DNA of 64,000 nucleotides from Macrostomum hystrix (Eukaryota; Animalia; Platyhelminthes): NCBI GenBank assembly GCA_950097015.1, contig CATNEN010000002.1, positions 7,688,001 to 7,752,000 of the forward strand, read 5' to 3'. Shown piece by piece: positions 50,901 to 61,243 of this stretch (position 1 is its first letter; each line of letters starts with the position of its first letter). The notes under the pieces were generated by a model. It saw only the letters and a program-made list of their open reading frames with translations, ran no database searches and was not told where the DNA came from. The position numbers and the translations under genes were made by a program.

Positions 50901-51882
50901 CAGTGTCCATTTTACATTTCAGCCTCTCACCATTTGGCAGCTGGACTTCGGCTAACCAAGCTGATTCACCATCAGACTGCAGTGTTCCGATGAAGCAAAC
51001 CTCATCCCCGTCAGGACGGGGCTCAGCAGCTTCCGCGACACCCACAGTCATGACTTTCTGGCTTTTACTCTGGCACTGACTACGGAAGTGATTCATGCGG
51101 CCACAACTCAAGCATCGCTTACCGAAAGCAGGACACTTGCCTTCACGATGACCGTATCCGCAGTGGTTGCAGCGTGCAAACTGCTGAGTCGGAGCTGTGC
51201 GAGCGGCGTTCGCTCCAAACTGACTTCGAGTGTCTGCTTGTGCGCTGGGTGCTGAGTTGCCATGGCTACCGCTTGAATGCTGTCGTGTGGTCACTTGACT
51301 TAACGAAGATGACGCTCTTACGGAGTTCAGGCCTTTCTCGACTTCCTTCATCTGATGCTTGGCGGATTCAGCAGCTCGGCACATGTCGATCGCCGTTCTC
51401 AGATCGAGCTCCGGCTCTCGGAGTAGCCGCTCTCGCATTCGAGAGTCATTGCAGCCCAAGACGATCTTGTCCCGGATCATTTTTTCTTTTTGAGTGTCGA
51501 AGTTGCACGTTGTGGCAAGGCGCTTCAAATCGGTCACAAATAGGTCCACAGGCTCCGCTTCTTTCTGGTCTCGCTCCCAGAACTTGAATCGTTCGAACAC
51601 TTCGCTAGTGCGCGGGCTAAAATGCTCATCGAAAAGTCCCAAAACATCTTCTAGAGTTCGGCGTTTATCAGCGGTGCTTTTTTCCTCCTCTTCACCGTCT
51701 TCAAATTCTAGCGTGTTGTAGATGTCCAGCCCGGTGTCACCGATGAGGTGCAGGAACAAATTGATTCGGCGCTCTTCTTCAACAATGCCTGTGGCCCTGA
51801 GGTAGATCATGAATTTCTGACGCCATCGTTTCCAAGTCTCGTTGGAGTCGGTCTCCAACTCTCCGGGCGGTTTCAGGTCCAT
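47950..51882 (-). CDS. Gag-Pol polyprotein of a Ty3/Gypsy element, single ORF, 1310 aa (Mag-like architecture by inference)
   Basis: Two Cys/His knuckles (CNHCGYGH...C, CLSCGRMNHFRSQC); protease DTGAEVN; RT LRLCID/LDAKTGFWQ/IVDD; RNase H VDSS...EKE...TDHKPL...ADTLSR; integrase HEGH...CTTC, D..SDNG..E. No env or chromodomain seen. Confidence 0.97.
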   Translation of the reverse strand: MDLKPPGELETDSNETWKRWRQKFMIYLRATGIVEEERRINLFLHLIGDTGLDIYNTLEFEDGEEEEKSTADKRRTLEDVLGLFDEHFSPRTSEVFERFKFWERDQKEAEPVDLFVTDLKRLATTCNFDTQKEKMIRDKIVLGCNDSRMRERLLREPELDLRTAIDMCRAAESAKHQMKEVEKGLNSVRASSSLSQVTTRQHSSGSHGNSAPSAQADTRSQFGANAARTAPTQQFARCNHCGYGHREGKCPAFGKRCLSCGRMNHFRSQCQSKSQKVMTVGVAEAAEPRPDGDEVCFIGTLQSDGESAWLAEVQLPNGERLKCKMDTGAEVNVLPAHLLPAGEQLCTTRTVLTAFGGARIPVLGKCRLMVKVQGKSSELEFMVSDVKQGILGLPALSALDLVRRVEVVCRQPCIDENFVLKEFADLFDEKLGCLPYVHSFTLDDRVMPVVNAPRKIPFALQEKVQEELQRMESLGVIVKVAEPTDWVNSLVTVHKPDGSLRLCIDPTHLNKAIKRAHYPMTTVEQVIARIPGAKFFTVLDAKTGFWQIRLHEKCSELCTFNTPWGRYKFVRLPPGTIDAPEVYQRELSKIFSSWAEVIVDDMLVWGKTREEHDQKLLKVLNEARRVNLKLNRRKLRVGVSSVNYVGHVISSDGVMPDPVKVKAIQELPVPEDKQAVMRLLGMATYLGKFIPKASDLTDPLRSLLKKDVLFDWQERQQKAFEKLKEVLTQAPVLRLFDPTVDVELQVDSSSVGVGCALLQNGQPVAYGSAALTSTQKNYAQIEKETLAVVIACKKFHDYVYGLPVVRVTTDHKPLEIIFKRDLVHAPPRIARMLYQLKRYNLKVSWSPGSKMQIADTLSRAYLPETEAALDDEIEVEVHQLCRSLPISAVRMQEIRDETSKDRDLSLVAQFVQDGWPTDYRRVCSSIRPYWSFKEELVYHEGVLLKVNRVIVPVSLRQKILEILHEGHAGMGKTEARARQILYWPGMSADIKRFVSRCTTCQAFQPANPREPLMSHQVPDSPWTKVGCDLLDFKGDKWLVVTCYYSNWIELAKLGQQSGAALVISRIKSMFARFGIVKELVSDNGPPFSSFKFQEFAAEFGFRHTRSSPGHAQSNGMAEKAVKVAKSILRKSDQPEVALMEYRASPISGTKTSPSELMFGRLIRTKLPADSRALVQNRTTEFSKAPLQAVQQRYYDQHSRTLPELHVGDAVRYRQDFKWEPAVVVEADPALRSYRVQTQHGRELVRNRRDLHLVPQQATPEAEDVVAARQEGTTSPEATAADRAPAEAGELPRRSARTTKGVLPARYRSDD

Positions 51883-51899
51883 GCACTATTAAATTACTG

Positions 51900-51914
51900 T
51901 AGCTTGCGATGCCA
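51900..51914 (-). other. Primer-binding-site-like sequence TGGCATCGCAAGCTA
   Basis: Begins with TGG directly after the 5' LTR CA end; the cognate tRNA is not identified. Confidence 0.7.
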
Positions 51915-52091
51915 TGTGATGAGCGCGGACGAGAGCAAAGCTCCAACCAATCTATTTGGCTTCAGCCGATATATAAGTAGCACACGCAGAGCCAGACGCG
52001 ATTACATAATATGGTAGCATGAGAGAGAGAACGCTAGCATGTACACCTAGACGGGTGTACAAACTTGTGCACAGACGCTATACTCATGACA
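51915..52091 (-). mobile_element. 5' LTR (177 bp)
   Basis: Identical to 28679-28855; followed by the PBS and the gag ATG 32 nt later. Confidence 0.95.
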
Positions 52092-52572
52092 AGTCTCACC
52101 TCTAAATATCACTCATGAGTCTCACATATATCACTCATGAGTCTCACCTCTAAATATCACTCATGAGTCTCACCTCTAAATATCAATTATGAGTCTCACC
52201 TCTAAATATCACTCATGAGTCTCACCTCTAAATATCACCCATGAGTCTCACCTCTAAATATCACTCATGAGTCTCACATATATCACTTATGAGTCTCACC
52301 TCTAAATATCACTCTTGAGTCTCACATATATCACTCTTGAGTCTCACCTCTAAATATCACTCTTGAGTCTCACCTCTAAATATCACTCATGAGTCTCACC
52401 TCTAAATATCACTCATGAGTCTCACATATATCACTCTTGAGTCTCACCTCTAAATATCACTCTAGAGTCTCACCTCTAAATATCACTCATGAGTCTCACC
52501 TCTAAATGTCACTCATGAGCCTCACCTCTAAATATCACTCATGAGTCTCACATATATCACTCATGAGTCTCA
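52092..52572. repeat. 26-bp satellite, right part (about 18 units)
   Basis: Same unit and same shortened TCACATATATCAC variant as at the end of the left array. Confidence 0.95.
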
Positions 52573-52594
52573 TTCCGAATCTTGCCCCGCCGTC

Positions 52595-52800
52595 GGGGGG
52601 TCGGTGGCAGAGCGGTTAACACGTTTCTTTTTCGCACCAAGGTCCCTAAGTTCGATTCCACGGCTAGGCCATATTTATTTGGGGCGCAGCCGCGGAGAGA
52701 AGGCTTGGTGACTTGTGGTGCAATTTACGCCCTTGAGGGCCAACCTCCAAGGCTCAGTGGATTAACCACTGAAGGCTTAATCTTCACGGCGCATTTTAAC
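52595..52800 (+). mobile_element. tRNA-derived SINE, second family
   Basis: A box TGGCAGAGCGG (52605-52615), B box GTTCGATTC (52650-52658); the body is homologous to 63601-63714. No TSD recognised. Confidence 0.65.
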
Positions 52801-53427
52801 TAGAAGAAGCTGAAAATGGTGACTTCAATACGTTTATACGGAATCACGGATCCACAATAACCAAGCGTCTTGTCCGTTAGACCCGACAGGAACTGCAGTG
52901 AATAGCTGTGGCCACCTCAGCTCAGGGTACACATGTAAACTTACTCACACTGCCCAGCTCTGCTCTGTGTATCAAGCAATTAAGGAACGGAGTTGAGAGG
53001 CCACTTCACCGCCTCGGCTCTCTAGACCTCAATCTCCGCCACTGCAGCTGAGCAGTCCCGCCCAGACCCTTCGCTGAACAATTTGGTGAACGAATTGAGT
53101 CACGCTATGCTTGGACTGGCTCGCGTTAGTCTATAGCGTTGTCTGGCCTTAGGGACGCCGCTTCTCAAGACTTCCTACAATTTCTTCCCCGAGTTCTCTT
53201 CTCTGTCTGACCGCCTAGGGCGACCAGCAGCGCCAATGGCATGATCGGCGACTGAACTGGGAGTTGGTAAATTGAGATGTCATTTGCCCAATTCCAGGCT
53301 CATTTTCCAGCTTAGCTCACACAAGCTTAGTGGGCCCGCCTTGTTCATTCACTCGAACCCATGCAGATCTCCGATTTAAGATACCAGCCAGTGCCTGTCT
53401 CGAGGGCAGCACTGTAGCTTGACCAAC

Positions 53428-54015
53428 ATGCAGACCGCGATGCCCGCATCTCCGCTGCCGACGGTCGCCGGTTCCTCCAAAGCTCTCCCTGACAATCCGG
53501 CCTCGAACATTTGGTTCGCCGCTGTGATCTCCGTGGCAGTGGGTGTCGCCCTGCTCGCCAGCCTGTTGTTTGCCTTCTGCGTGCTGAAGGCGGTGCTGAA
53601 TAACCGACGGCCTGACGACTCGGAAGATGAGGACGAAGAGGAATCAGAAAGCTGCTGCTGCTGCACCTGGGGCCCGAAGCCCTGCTGCAATCGCCGATGC
53701 CATCGGAGCAGCGTTGACAGCAGCGGGCTGGATGCCGCCGCTGAGAACCCGTGCGATGGCAACCTACGCGAGGCCTCATCGACGCTGCTCATCCCCTGCT
53801 CAGCCGAAGACCAGGTGGTCTCATCCTGGCGCTGCGGACTGTCCGGTGAGGCATTGTCCACAGACGCCTTCCTTCTTGTCCGACAAGAGAGCGTCGACTG
53901 CATGATGGCTTCTTCAGAGAGTCGTGACACGTCGACGATGACGTGGCGAGATCGCCAACGAAGCAGGACGCCAGGAAGGCAGTGCCCAGCATTGCGAAGG
54001 GAGTATTTTGTGTAA
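53428..54015 (+). CDS. Uncharacterised single-pass membrane protein (195 aa) with acidic and Cys-rich cytoplasmic region and C-terminal EYFV
   Basis: GC-rich ORF with host-like codon usage; hydrophobic IWFAAVISVAVGVALLASLLFAFCVLKAVL followed by NNRR; upstream in-frame stop at 53377. An upstream exon is possible. Confidence 0.6.
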   Translation: MQTAMPASPLPTVAGSSKALPDNPASNIWFAAVISVAVGVALLASLLFAFCVLKAVLNNRRPDDSEDEDEEESESCCCCTWGPKPCCNRRCHRSSVDSSGLDAAAENPCDGNLREASSTLLIPCSAEDQVVSSWRCGLSGEALSTDAFLLVRQESVDCMMASSESRDTSTMTWRDRQRSRTPGRQCPALRREYFV

Positions 54016-54164
54016 CGCGGGTTTCCTAGCTGCTTGAGCAGCATTCTAGAATCCAATTCACAAGGATTTTACCACGGACACCTGGCCGCTCATTGAATTC
54101 ATTGAAAACTTTCAGAGAAACTGTACATTAATTGTATTTTACATTACCTGAACTGAAACAAAAC

Positions 54165-54997
54165 GGTGCAGTTCAAGGAATGTAAAATACAAGTAATGTG
54201 CAGTGGAGGGAATGTTAAATACAGGGAATGTGCAGTGGAGGGAATGTAAAATACAGGGAATGTGCAGTTGAGGGAAAATAAAATACAGGGAATGTGCAGT
54301 TCAAGGAATGTAAAATAAAGGGAATGTGCAGTTGAGGGAAAATAAAATACAGGGAATGTGCAGTTCAAGGAATTTGGAATACAGGGAATGTGCAGTTCAA
54401 GGAATTTAGAATACAGGGAATGTGCAGTTCAAGGAATTTAGAATACAGGGAATGTGCAGTTCAAGGAATTTAGAATACAGGGAATGTGTAGTTCAAGGAA
54501 TTTAGAATACAGGGAATGTGCAGTTCAAGTAATTTAGAATACAGGGAATGTGCAGTTCAAGGAATTTAGAATACAGGGAATGTGTAGTTCAAGGAATTTA
54601 GAATACAGGGAATGTGTAGTTCAAGGAATTTAGAATACAGGGAATGTGCAGTTCAAGGAATATAAAATACAGGGAATGTGTAGTTCAAGGAATATAGAAT
54701 ACAGGGAATGTGCAGTTCAAGGAATTTAGAATACAGGGAATGTGCAGTTCAAGGAATTTAGAATACAGGGAATGTGCAGTTCAAGGAATTTAGAATACAG
54801 GGAATGTGCAGTTCAAGGAATTTAGAATACAGGGAATGTGTAGTTCAAGGAATATAGAATACAGGGAATGTGCAGTTCAAGGAATTTAGAATACAGGGAA
54901 TGTGTAGTTCAAGGAATTTAGAATACAGGGAACGTGCAGTTCAAGGAATATAAAATACAGGGAATGTGTAGTTCAAGGAATATAGAATACAGGGAAT
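54165..54997. repeat. 32-bp satellite (GGAATGTGCAGTTCAAGGAATTTAGAATACAG), left part
   Basis: Tandem 32-mers; interrupted at 54998 and resumes at 57323. Confidence 0.95.
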
Positions 54998-57322
54998 TGA
55001 AATATTGCGGGTCTTTTGCTAGCCGATGACCGCCCTCATGAAAGATAGGAGTGTGGAAAACGACGATAGAGTCGGAGGTCGATCGCTGCTGCCGCGAGTT
55101 GTCGCAGAGAGGGATGACGAAGGGAGGGATGAAGGGAGAGATGAAGGGAGAGATGAGGCGGTACAAAGGATGCAAGTGAGTGGTCCTATTGGCCTCAGGC
55201 TGGCCAGTCCCACCCAACCCATAGGCCACAGGCATGACTGCCGTGCCCACCCCAAGCAGTGCTCGAAACCGGCTAAAAGTCTAAATAGATGTCGGACTAC
55301 CCGCAAGCGAATAGGACAGGGCTAGATAGCCTACTGTCATCAGTAGCATGTTCGTAACTGACTCCTAACTTTGGTAGCAGTGGTCGACTCGGCCTAGGCT
55401 CTTGTCTTAGAAATGCGGAAAGGCTATCGGCAAAGCGGATAATGATCGAAGGTAGCGCCACCACCCAATGCGCCTACGTTGCCACCGCAGACATTTGGGA
55501 ACTTGGGTCCCCGGAGCTCGCAGCTCCCAGTTTGTCACACAGATCTTAGACAAGCCGAAAAATAGAGCATTCTGTAACTTCCGTTTTAGACTAGGGTGAG
55601 AACCCCAGAATGGATCGAGTCACGCCTCACAAGGGGATTCCTGAAACTGCGCTACAGTGGTCTAGGAAGGTGGTACTCCGAACCCGAATGAGAAATCCAT
55701 AGCCAGAATCCTACTCATGAGACATTAGACACATTCCTTACATTAGATTGCAGCCTACACATTAAATAACTAGCAAATCCGAATCTGTGTGAGATGAGGA
55801 GAACAGAGGCAGGAGAGATTAAGCTGAACACTGGCTGAGTGATTATGCAAGCAGGAAATTATTAGATCACGCCTCTCGCTCCCATGGCCGCGGTTGCGAA
55901 AGGCGGGGAAAAGAGGGAGAATTCAAATTGGCAAAGGAACTTGACGCATACACTGGAACCCGCCGAGAGAGTGAGGAAAGCCGGCCAAGGAATCCCCCAC
56001 CTCGTAGGCAGAAATGCACACGCTACATCCCGCATTTAGCTCGCAAATCCCTAGCTCCATATTACTCTCATGCGCGCTCACAGTAGCCTTCTTGCCGCAG
56101 CTTTCAGCTCGGCCTCGCCAGAGCCCATTCCCCTAGTGAATTAGCCACTCATGATTGAGGGCTGTCTAATGAGAAAATAAAGGGGAAATAACAGCATGAT
56201 AGAAAGTGATTTAAATTGTTACTAAATTGCCTAATAGTCAAATGATTGGCGACTAAGATGAATAATAGTTTATTAGGCTAGAAACAAATCCCTGCCCTCG
56301 CCCCGATTGCCCACTAGCTAAGTAATAAATCCCTTAGGGATAGCAATAAGAGTCCGCTGCGCGGGTTACTTATCTGATTGCTGACTGACTTCACTGCAGG
56401 CCGTCGATCTCGCGGGGGAATGCAAATGAACAGGGGAATAGGTGAGGGATTGCTGAGTACAGTTGGCAAGGGGCCAGACTGCAGGGAGCTCAAGGCTCAA
56501 TTTGGAGCGCACCCAAGGAGGTGGCTTGCGCTTAGGGGCACTAGCAGGTAGTTGCCTGCTGCTATGATCTGGAGCCTTAGGCTCAGGGGCTAAGTCCTAT
56601 CTAGTAAGGGGGAGAGTCCACGGACCGTGTTCCGGGACCAGACAGGAAGGGGGGGTAGGTTTTAGTCCAGGGTGGAGGGAAGGTTGTCCTAGGGGCAGCG
56701 CAGCGCGCTCTCTTAAATAGTCCTGCAGCTCCGCCAACCTCGCATTCATCAAAATAACCCACATGCTCGCCGGCCTGTCAGCGAGGAATCGGGTCGGCAT
56801 AATGCCACCCCAATTGCCCACTGAAGCGGCGGCGAGAATCGCCAGATGCCCCACTAGGAGCGTCTGCCGGCAGTCGGCCAATGATTGTGATCCCGCCGGG
56901 ATATGGGAAGCGCAGGCGCCGACCTGCCTATAGTGTCGTTACATGTATCTAAAGGGGGAAAGGTCATAATCGAGCCCCGGCTCGGGTTACAGTAAAGAAG
57001 AGGGACATGAAGAATTAAAGCTCACTCTAAACGCATGAGTGACCCCGACAATCTGATCGCGGTTTGGAGGGGAATTATGACCTAAACTAGTCCATACGGT
57101 ATTGCTATTTCCGCGATCAGTCACTCCTACAGGGGACTAGACAGATCCGAGACAAAGGGAATCGGCGGCTACTTAATTCACCTCCGCCCCAAGTCTGGCC
57201 CTAAGATTAATGGTGGTGTTCTGCGGCCAGCTGCTATGTGGGTCGCGATTATTAACTTGCTAAAAATGGAAAAATTTGGCTGGCTCACAACCCCACTCGA
57301 TTCCGAAGTACACTCCACATCA
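54998..57322. mobile_element. 2325-bp TG...CA insertion with 4-bp TSD (GAAT); probable solo LTR
   Basis: GAAT|TGAAAT...ACATCA|GAAT inside the 32-bp satellite, whose register continues across it; no internal direct repeats or retroviral ORF. Confidence 0.7.
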
Positions 57323-58548
57323 GAATGTGCAGTTCAAGGAATTTAGAATACAGGGAATGTGCAGTTCAAGGAATATAAAATACAGGGAATGTGTAGTTAA
57401 AGGAATATAGAATACAGGGAATGTGCAGTTCAAGGAATTTAGAATACAGGGAATGTGCAGTTCAAGGAATTTAGAATACAGGGAATGTGCAGTTCAAGGA
57501 ATTTAGAATACAGGGAATGTGCAGTTCAAGGAATTTAGAATACAGGGAATGTGCAGTTCAAGGAATTTAGAATACAGGGAATGTGCAGTTCAAGGAATTT
57601 AGAATACAGGGAATGTGTAGTTCAAGGAATTTAGAATACAGAGAATGTGCAGTTCAAGGAGTATAAAATGCAGGGAATGTACAGTTCAAGGAATTTAGAA
57701 TACAGGGAATGTGTAGTTCAAGGAATATAGAATACAGGGAATGTGCAGTTCAAGGAATTTAGAATACAGGGAATGTGCAGTTCAAGGAATTTAGAATACA
57801 GGGAATGTGTAGTTCAAGGAATTTAGAATACAGGGAATGTGCAGGTCAAGGAATTTAGAATACAGGGAATGTGCAGTTCAAGGAATATAGAATACAGGGA
57901 ATGTGCAGTTCAAGGAATTTAGAATACAGGGAATGTGCAGTTCAAGGAATTTAGAATACAGGGAATGTGCAGTTCAAGGAATTTAGAATACAGGGAATGT
58001 GCAGTTCAAGGAATTTAGAATACAGGGAATGTGTAGTTCAAGGAATTTAGAATACAGGGAATGTGCAGTTCAAGGAATATAAAATACAGGGAATGTGTAG
58101 TTCAAGGAATATAGAATACAGGGAATGTGCAGTTCAAGGAATTTAGAATACAGGGAATGTGCAGTTCAAGGAATATAGAATACAGGGAATGTGCAGTTCA
58201 AGGAATTTAGAATACAGGGAATGTGCAGTTCAAGGAATTTAGAATACAGGGAATGTGCAGTTCAAGGAATTTAGAATACAGGGAATGTGCAGTTCAAGGA
58301 ATTTAGAATACAGGGAATGTGTAGTTCAAGGAATTTAGAATACAGGGAATGTGCAGTTCAAGGAATATAAAATACAGGGAATGTGTAGTTCAAGGAATAT
58401 AGAATACAGGGAATGTGCAGTTCAAGGAATTTAGAATACAGGGAATGTGCAGTTCAAGGAATTTAGAATACAGGGAATGTGCAGTTCAAGGAATATAGAA
58501 TACATGGAATGTGCAGTTCAAGGAGTATAAAATGCAGGGAATGTACAG
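57323..58548. repeat. 32-bp satellite, right part (about 38 units)
   Basis: Same unit as 54165-54997. Confidence 0.95.
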
Positions 58549-58989
58549 CTCTGGGAATGTTAAACCGTCCATTGTTAACACAGCCTGCACTTTTGATTCT
58601 GTACTTCATCTACTTAAATAAACAAAACTGAATATGTGGAATTGTAAATATTCAGGTGGCTCTGAAGAGGGCAATCATACTAACCGTTTTTACACAGTTT
58701 ATTTGGCTAAAATGATTGACAATAGAAAGACAAGTCGTTTTTACAATTCTTTTAGAAAAACAACTAATATTTCACAATTTCTAAACTACTCCAATCAGCA
58801 GTAATAATGACATGCGCTTTAAATTATAGCGCATGTCAAAAGCATAGTTATATATGCAAAATGCATAGAATTACAGACTAACTGACTATAAGCCGGATTA
58901 TAATGACAGGCTATAACTTGAATAAAAAACAATTTTCAGACCCAATAAAGACAGAACATTAAACAGGGTTCTCAGAACTACAGACAATA

Positions 58990-59378
58990 TTACAGACACA
59001 AATCTATAGCCTTCTAATAATTACAGACACAAATCTACAGCTTTCTAAGAATTACAGACAATATTATAGACACAAATCTACAGCTTTCTAAGAATTACTG
59101 ACAATATTACAGACACAAATCTACAGCTTTCTAAGAATTACAGACCATATTACAGATACAAATCTACAGCTTTCTAAGAATTACAGACAATATTACAGAT
59201 ACAAATCTACAGCTTTCTAAGAATTACAGACCATATTACAGATACAAATCTACAGCTTTCTAAGAATTACAGACAATAGTACAGACAAATCTACAGCTTT
59301 CTAAGAATTACAGACAATATTACAGACACAAATCTACAGCTTTCTAAGAATTACAGACAATAATACAGACACAAATTC
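58990..59378. repeat. 43-bp minisatellite (TTACAGACACAAATCTACAGCTTTCTAAGAATTACAGACAATA), about 9 copies
   Basis: Tandem units just downstream of the NUDT19-like stop codon. Confidence 0.9.
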
Positions 59379-59471
59379 AGCAGATTTATCTGAATCATAG
59401 GTAAAACAAAGTTGAAAAAATTGCAGACAGCATTACAAGCGCATTCGAGCTACAGACAGCACAGCAGACAT

Positions 59472-59928
59472 TTACAGCCTGGCTGACGGTGGCACCAGCG
59501 GCGGTCGGAAGCCGCAGAGCGGTTGCAGGCCGCGGCAATCTAACCGGAATTTCGCATTCGGCCCAGCGACAAGGGAGGGTCTGGCCGAGCCCTCGGGGGT
59601 AACGTGCAGCCGGGCCGACTGGTCCAGGGTGTGAACAATCCGGTTGGTCGGCGCCTCGCGCGTCAGCTGCTCGTCGCCGACGTCGCTCAGATCGACGTGC
59701 CGGCCAGAGTTAAAGTCGGGCTGGGCCGGGTAGCGACAGTCGCCAGGGTGCATGGTGAAGGCCAGCTGCTGCCCGACCCCCAGCACTGGGAAGTACAGCT
59801 CCAGGCCCTGGCGACCTCGCCGCCTGGCGAAAACCTCCAGAGACTCCAGCGAATCCGCCTGGCCAGCGAGCTTGGCCAACTCGTACATGGTTGGTGGGGA
59901 CAGGCTGAAGTCTGGGTCTGAGTGGAAC
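59472..59928 (-). CDS. NUDT19: NUDT19-like gene, exon 3 (terminal; ends ARL, PTS1-like)
   Basis: CAATCAG acceptor in phase 2; LSPPTMYEL and HPGD motifs; C-terminal ARL fits [SAC][KRH]L. Confidence 0.8.
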
Positions 59929-60002
59929 CTGATTGGGTGCCGAACAAAGCGAAACGCGACAATGGAGAAGCGTTTGAGTCGATAAAAAAGCGTTTGAATT
60001 AC

Positions 60003-60244
60003 CTGTCTATGGCAACAACCGGTTGCAGCCAGTCATGCTCGCCAGACATCTCAGTCAGATCCAGTCGGACTTCGAAAGCAGACGGCAGGCAGCAGAGGAA
60101 GAAGGCCGTATCGAAACGGCGCGGCGAGGCCAGGGTCGACGGAGTGAGCCAGTTGGACCACTCGTGAAGGCTGTGCAGATCGGGGCAGAGGCCCAGACTG
60201 CTGAATAGGCGCAGAAACTCTCGGCCGTCCCGCTTCACTGCGGA
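60003..60244 (-). CDS. NUDT19: NUDT19-like gene, exon 2
   Basis: CAATTAG acceptor and AG|GTAATT donor; LHEWSNWLTP...RRFDTAFF is characteristic of the NUDT19 group. Confidence 0.88.
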
Positions 60245-60259
60245 CTAATTGGGGTATGC

Positions 60260-60731
60260 GGGATCTTGATGGCCAATCAGCGATATCAAAGGGATTGGCA
60301 AGCTGGGATCTTGATGCCCAATCAGCGATGTCAAAGGGATTGAGAACCTGGGATCTTGATGGCCAATCAGCGATGTCAAAGGGATTGAGAACCTGGGATC
60401 TTGATGGCCAATCAGCGATGTCAAAGGGATTGAGAACCTGGGATCTTGATGGCCAATCAGCGATGTCAAAGGGATTGAGAACCTGGGATCTTGATGGCCA
60501 ATCAGCGATGTCAAAGGGATTGGCAAGCTGGGATCTTGATGGCCAATCAGCGATGTCAAAGGGATTGAGAACCTGGGATCTTGATGGCCAATCAGCGATG
60601 TCAAAGGGATTGAGAACCTGGGATCTTGATGGCCAATCAGCGATGTCAAAGGGATTGAGAACCTGGGATCTTGATGGCCAATCAGCGATGTCAAAGGGAT
60701 TGGCAAGCTGGGATCTTGATGGCCAATCAGC
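60260..60731. repeat. 45-bp minisatellite filling NUDT19-like intron 1 (GGGATCTTGATGGCCAATCAGCGATGTCAAAGGGATTGAGAACCT)
   Basis: About 10.5 units occupying about 470 of the 513 intron bases. Confidence 0.95.
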
Positions 60732-60757
60732 TATGAAGTCATAATCCTCTGTCACAC

Positions 60758-61243
60758 CTGCCAGTCAGCCAGCTTTAACTGTGGCCTGGCCGCCCAGGTG
60801 TCGTGCGGCACCCGGTTGCCGTCACTATCAGCAGCCAGGAGGAGGCCGCACTCCTCGAAGGTTTCGCGCAGGGCGCAGATTCTCAGCGCCACCTCAGGCA
60901 GGAGGGCCGGCGGTTGGCTAGGCAAAGAGGAAGCGGCGCCGGAATGAAAAATTGGAGCCCTGCGAGCCGATGCGAACTGGGAGACCTGGGCAGCAACGCC
61001 ATCAGCACCCGGACGCCAGTCAGCATAGCTTCGACCGCCATTAGCACACAACAGGGGAAGCCAGTCTGCGCTAGCGTCCACCGCTGGATCAAAGACGCCG
61101 CCAGGGAAAACCCGGGCACTGGCAAAGAAGGAGCTCTTGGCTGCGCGCTTCAAAAGCAGCACGCGGAGGCCTTCAGTTACAAGGATTAGTGAGGCTGAGT
61201 CTCGCCAAGTCCTGGCTGCAGCTGCTCCTGCTGAGGAGCTCAT
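60758..61243 (-). CDS. NUDT19: NUDT19-like Nudix acyl-CoA diphosphatase, exon 1 (total CDS 1185 nt, 394 aa)
   Basis: WRDSASLIL, LLLKR, VFPGG and ALRETFEECG split Nudix box; CAG|GTGTGA donor in phase 0; the three exons join in frame. Confidence 0.88.

Larger units (their letters stand above)
28679..52091 (-). mobile_element. Full-length Ty3/Gypsy LTR retrotransposon, 23,413 bp including an 18.65-kb internal Helitron train
   Basis: Identical 177-bp TG...CA LTRs at both ends, TSD AGTCT at 28674-28678 and 52092-52096, PBS, PPT and gag-PR-RT-RH-IN order. Confidence 0.95.

Noticed and set aside
47988-52017. Short plus-strand ORFs over gag-pol
   Set aside because: Antisense shadows without motifs; no evidence for an env-like or accessory gene.
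53376-54056. 226 aa minus-strand ORF
   Set aside because: Antisense shadow of the GC-rich + strand gene; it begins with a non-ATG start in the track and has no coherent features, whereas the + frame has a TM and a PDZ tail.
60051-60755. 234 aa, 153 aa and 162 aa ORFs in the NUDT19 intron
   Set aside because: Products of the 45-bp repeat; the flanking GT/AG sites give an in-frame NUDT19 without them.
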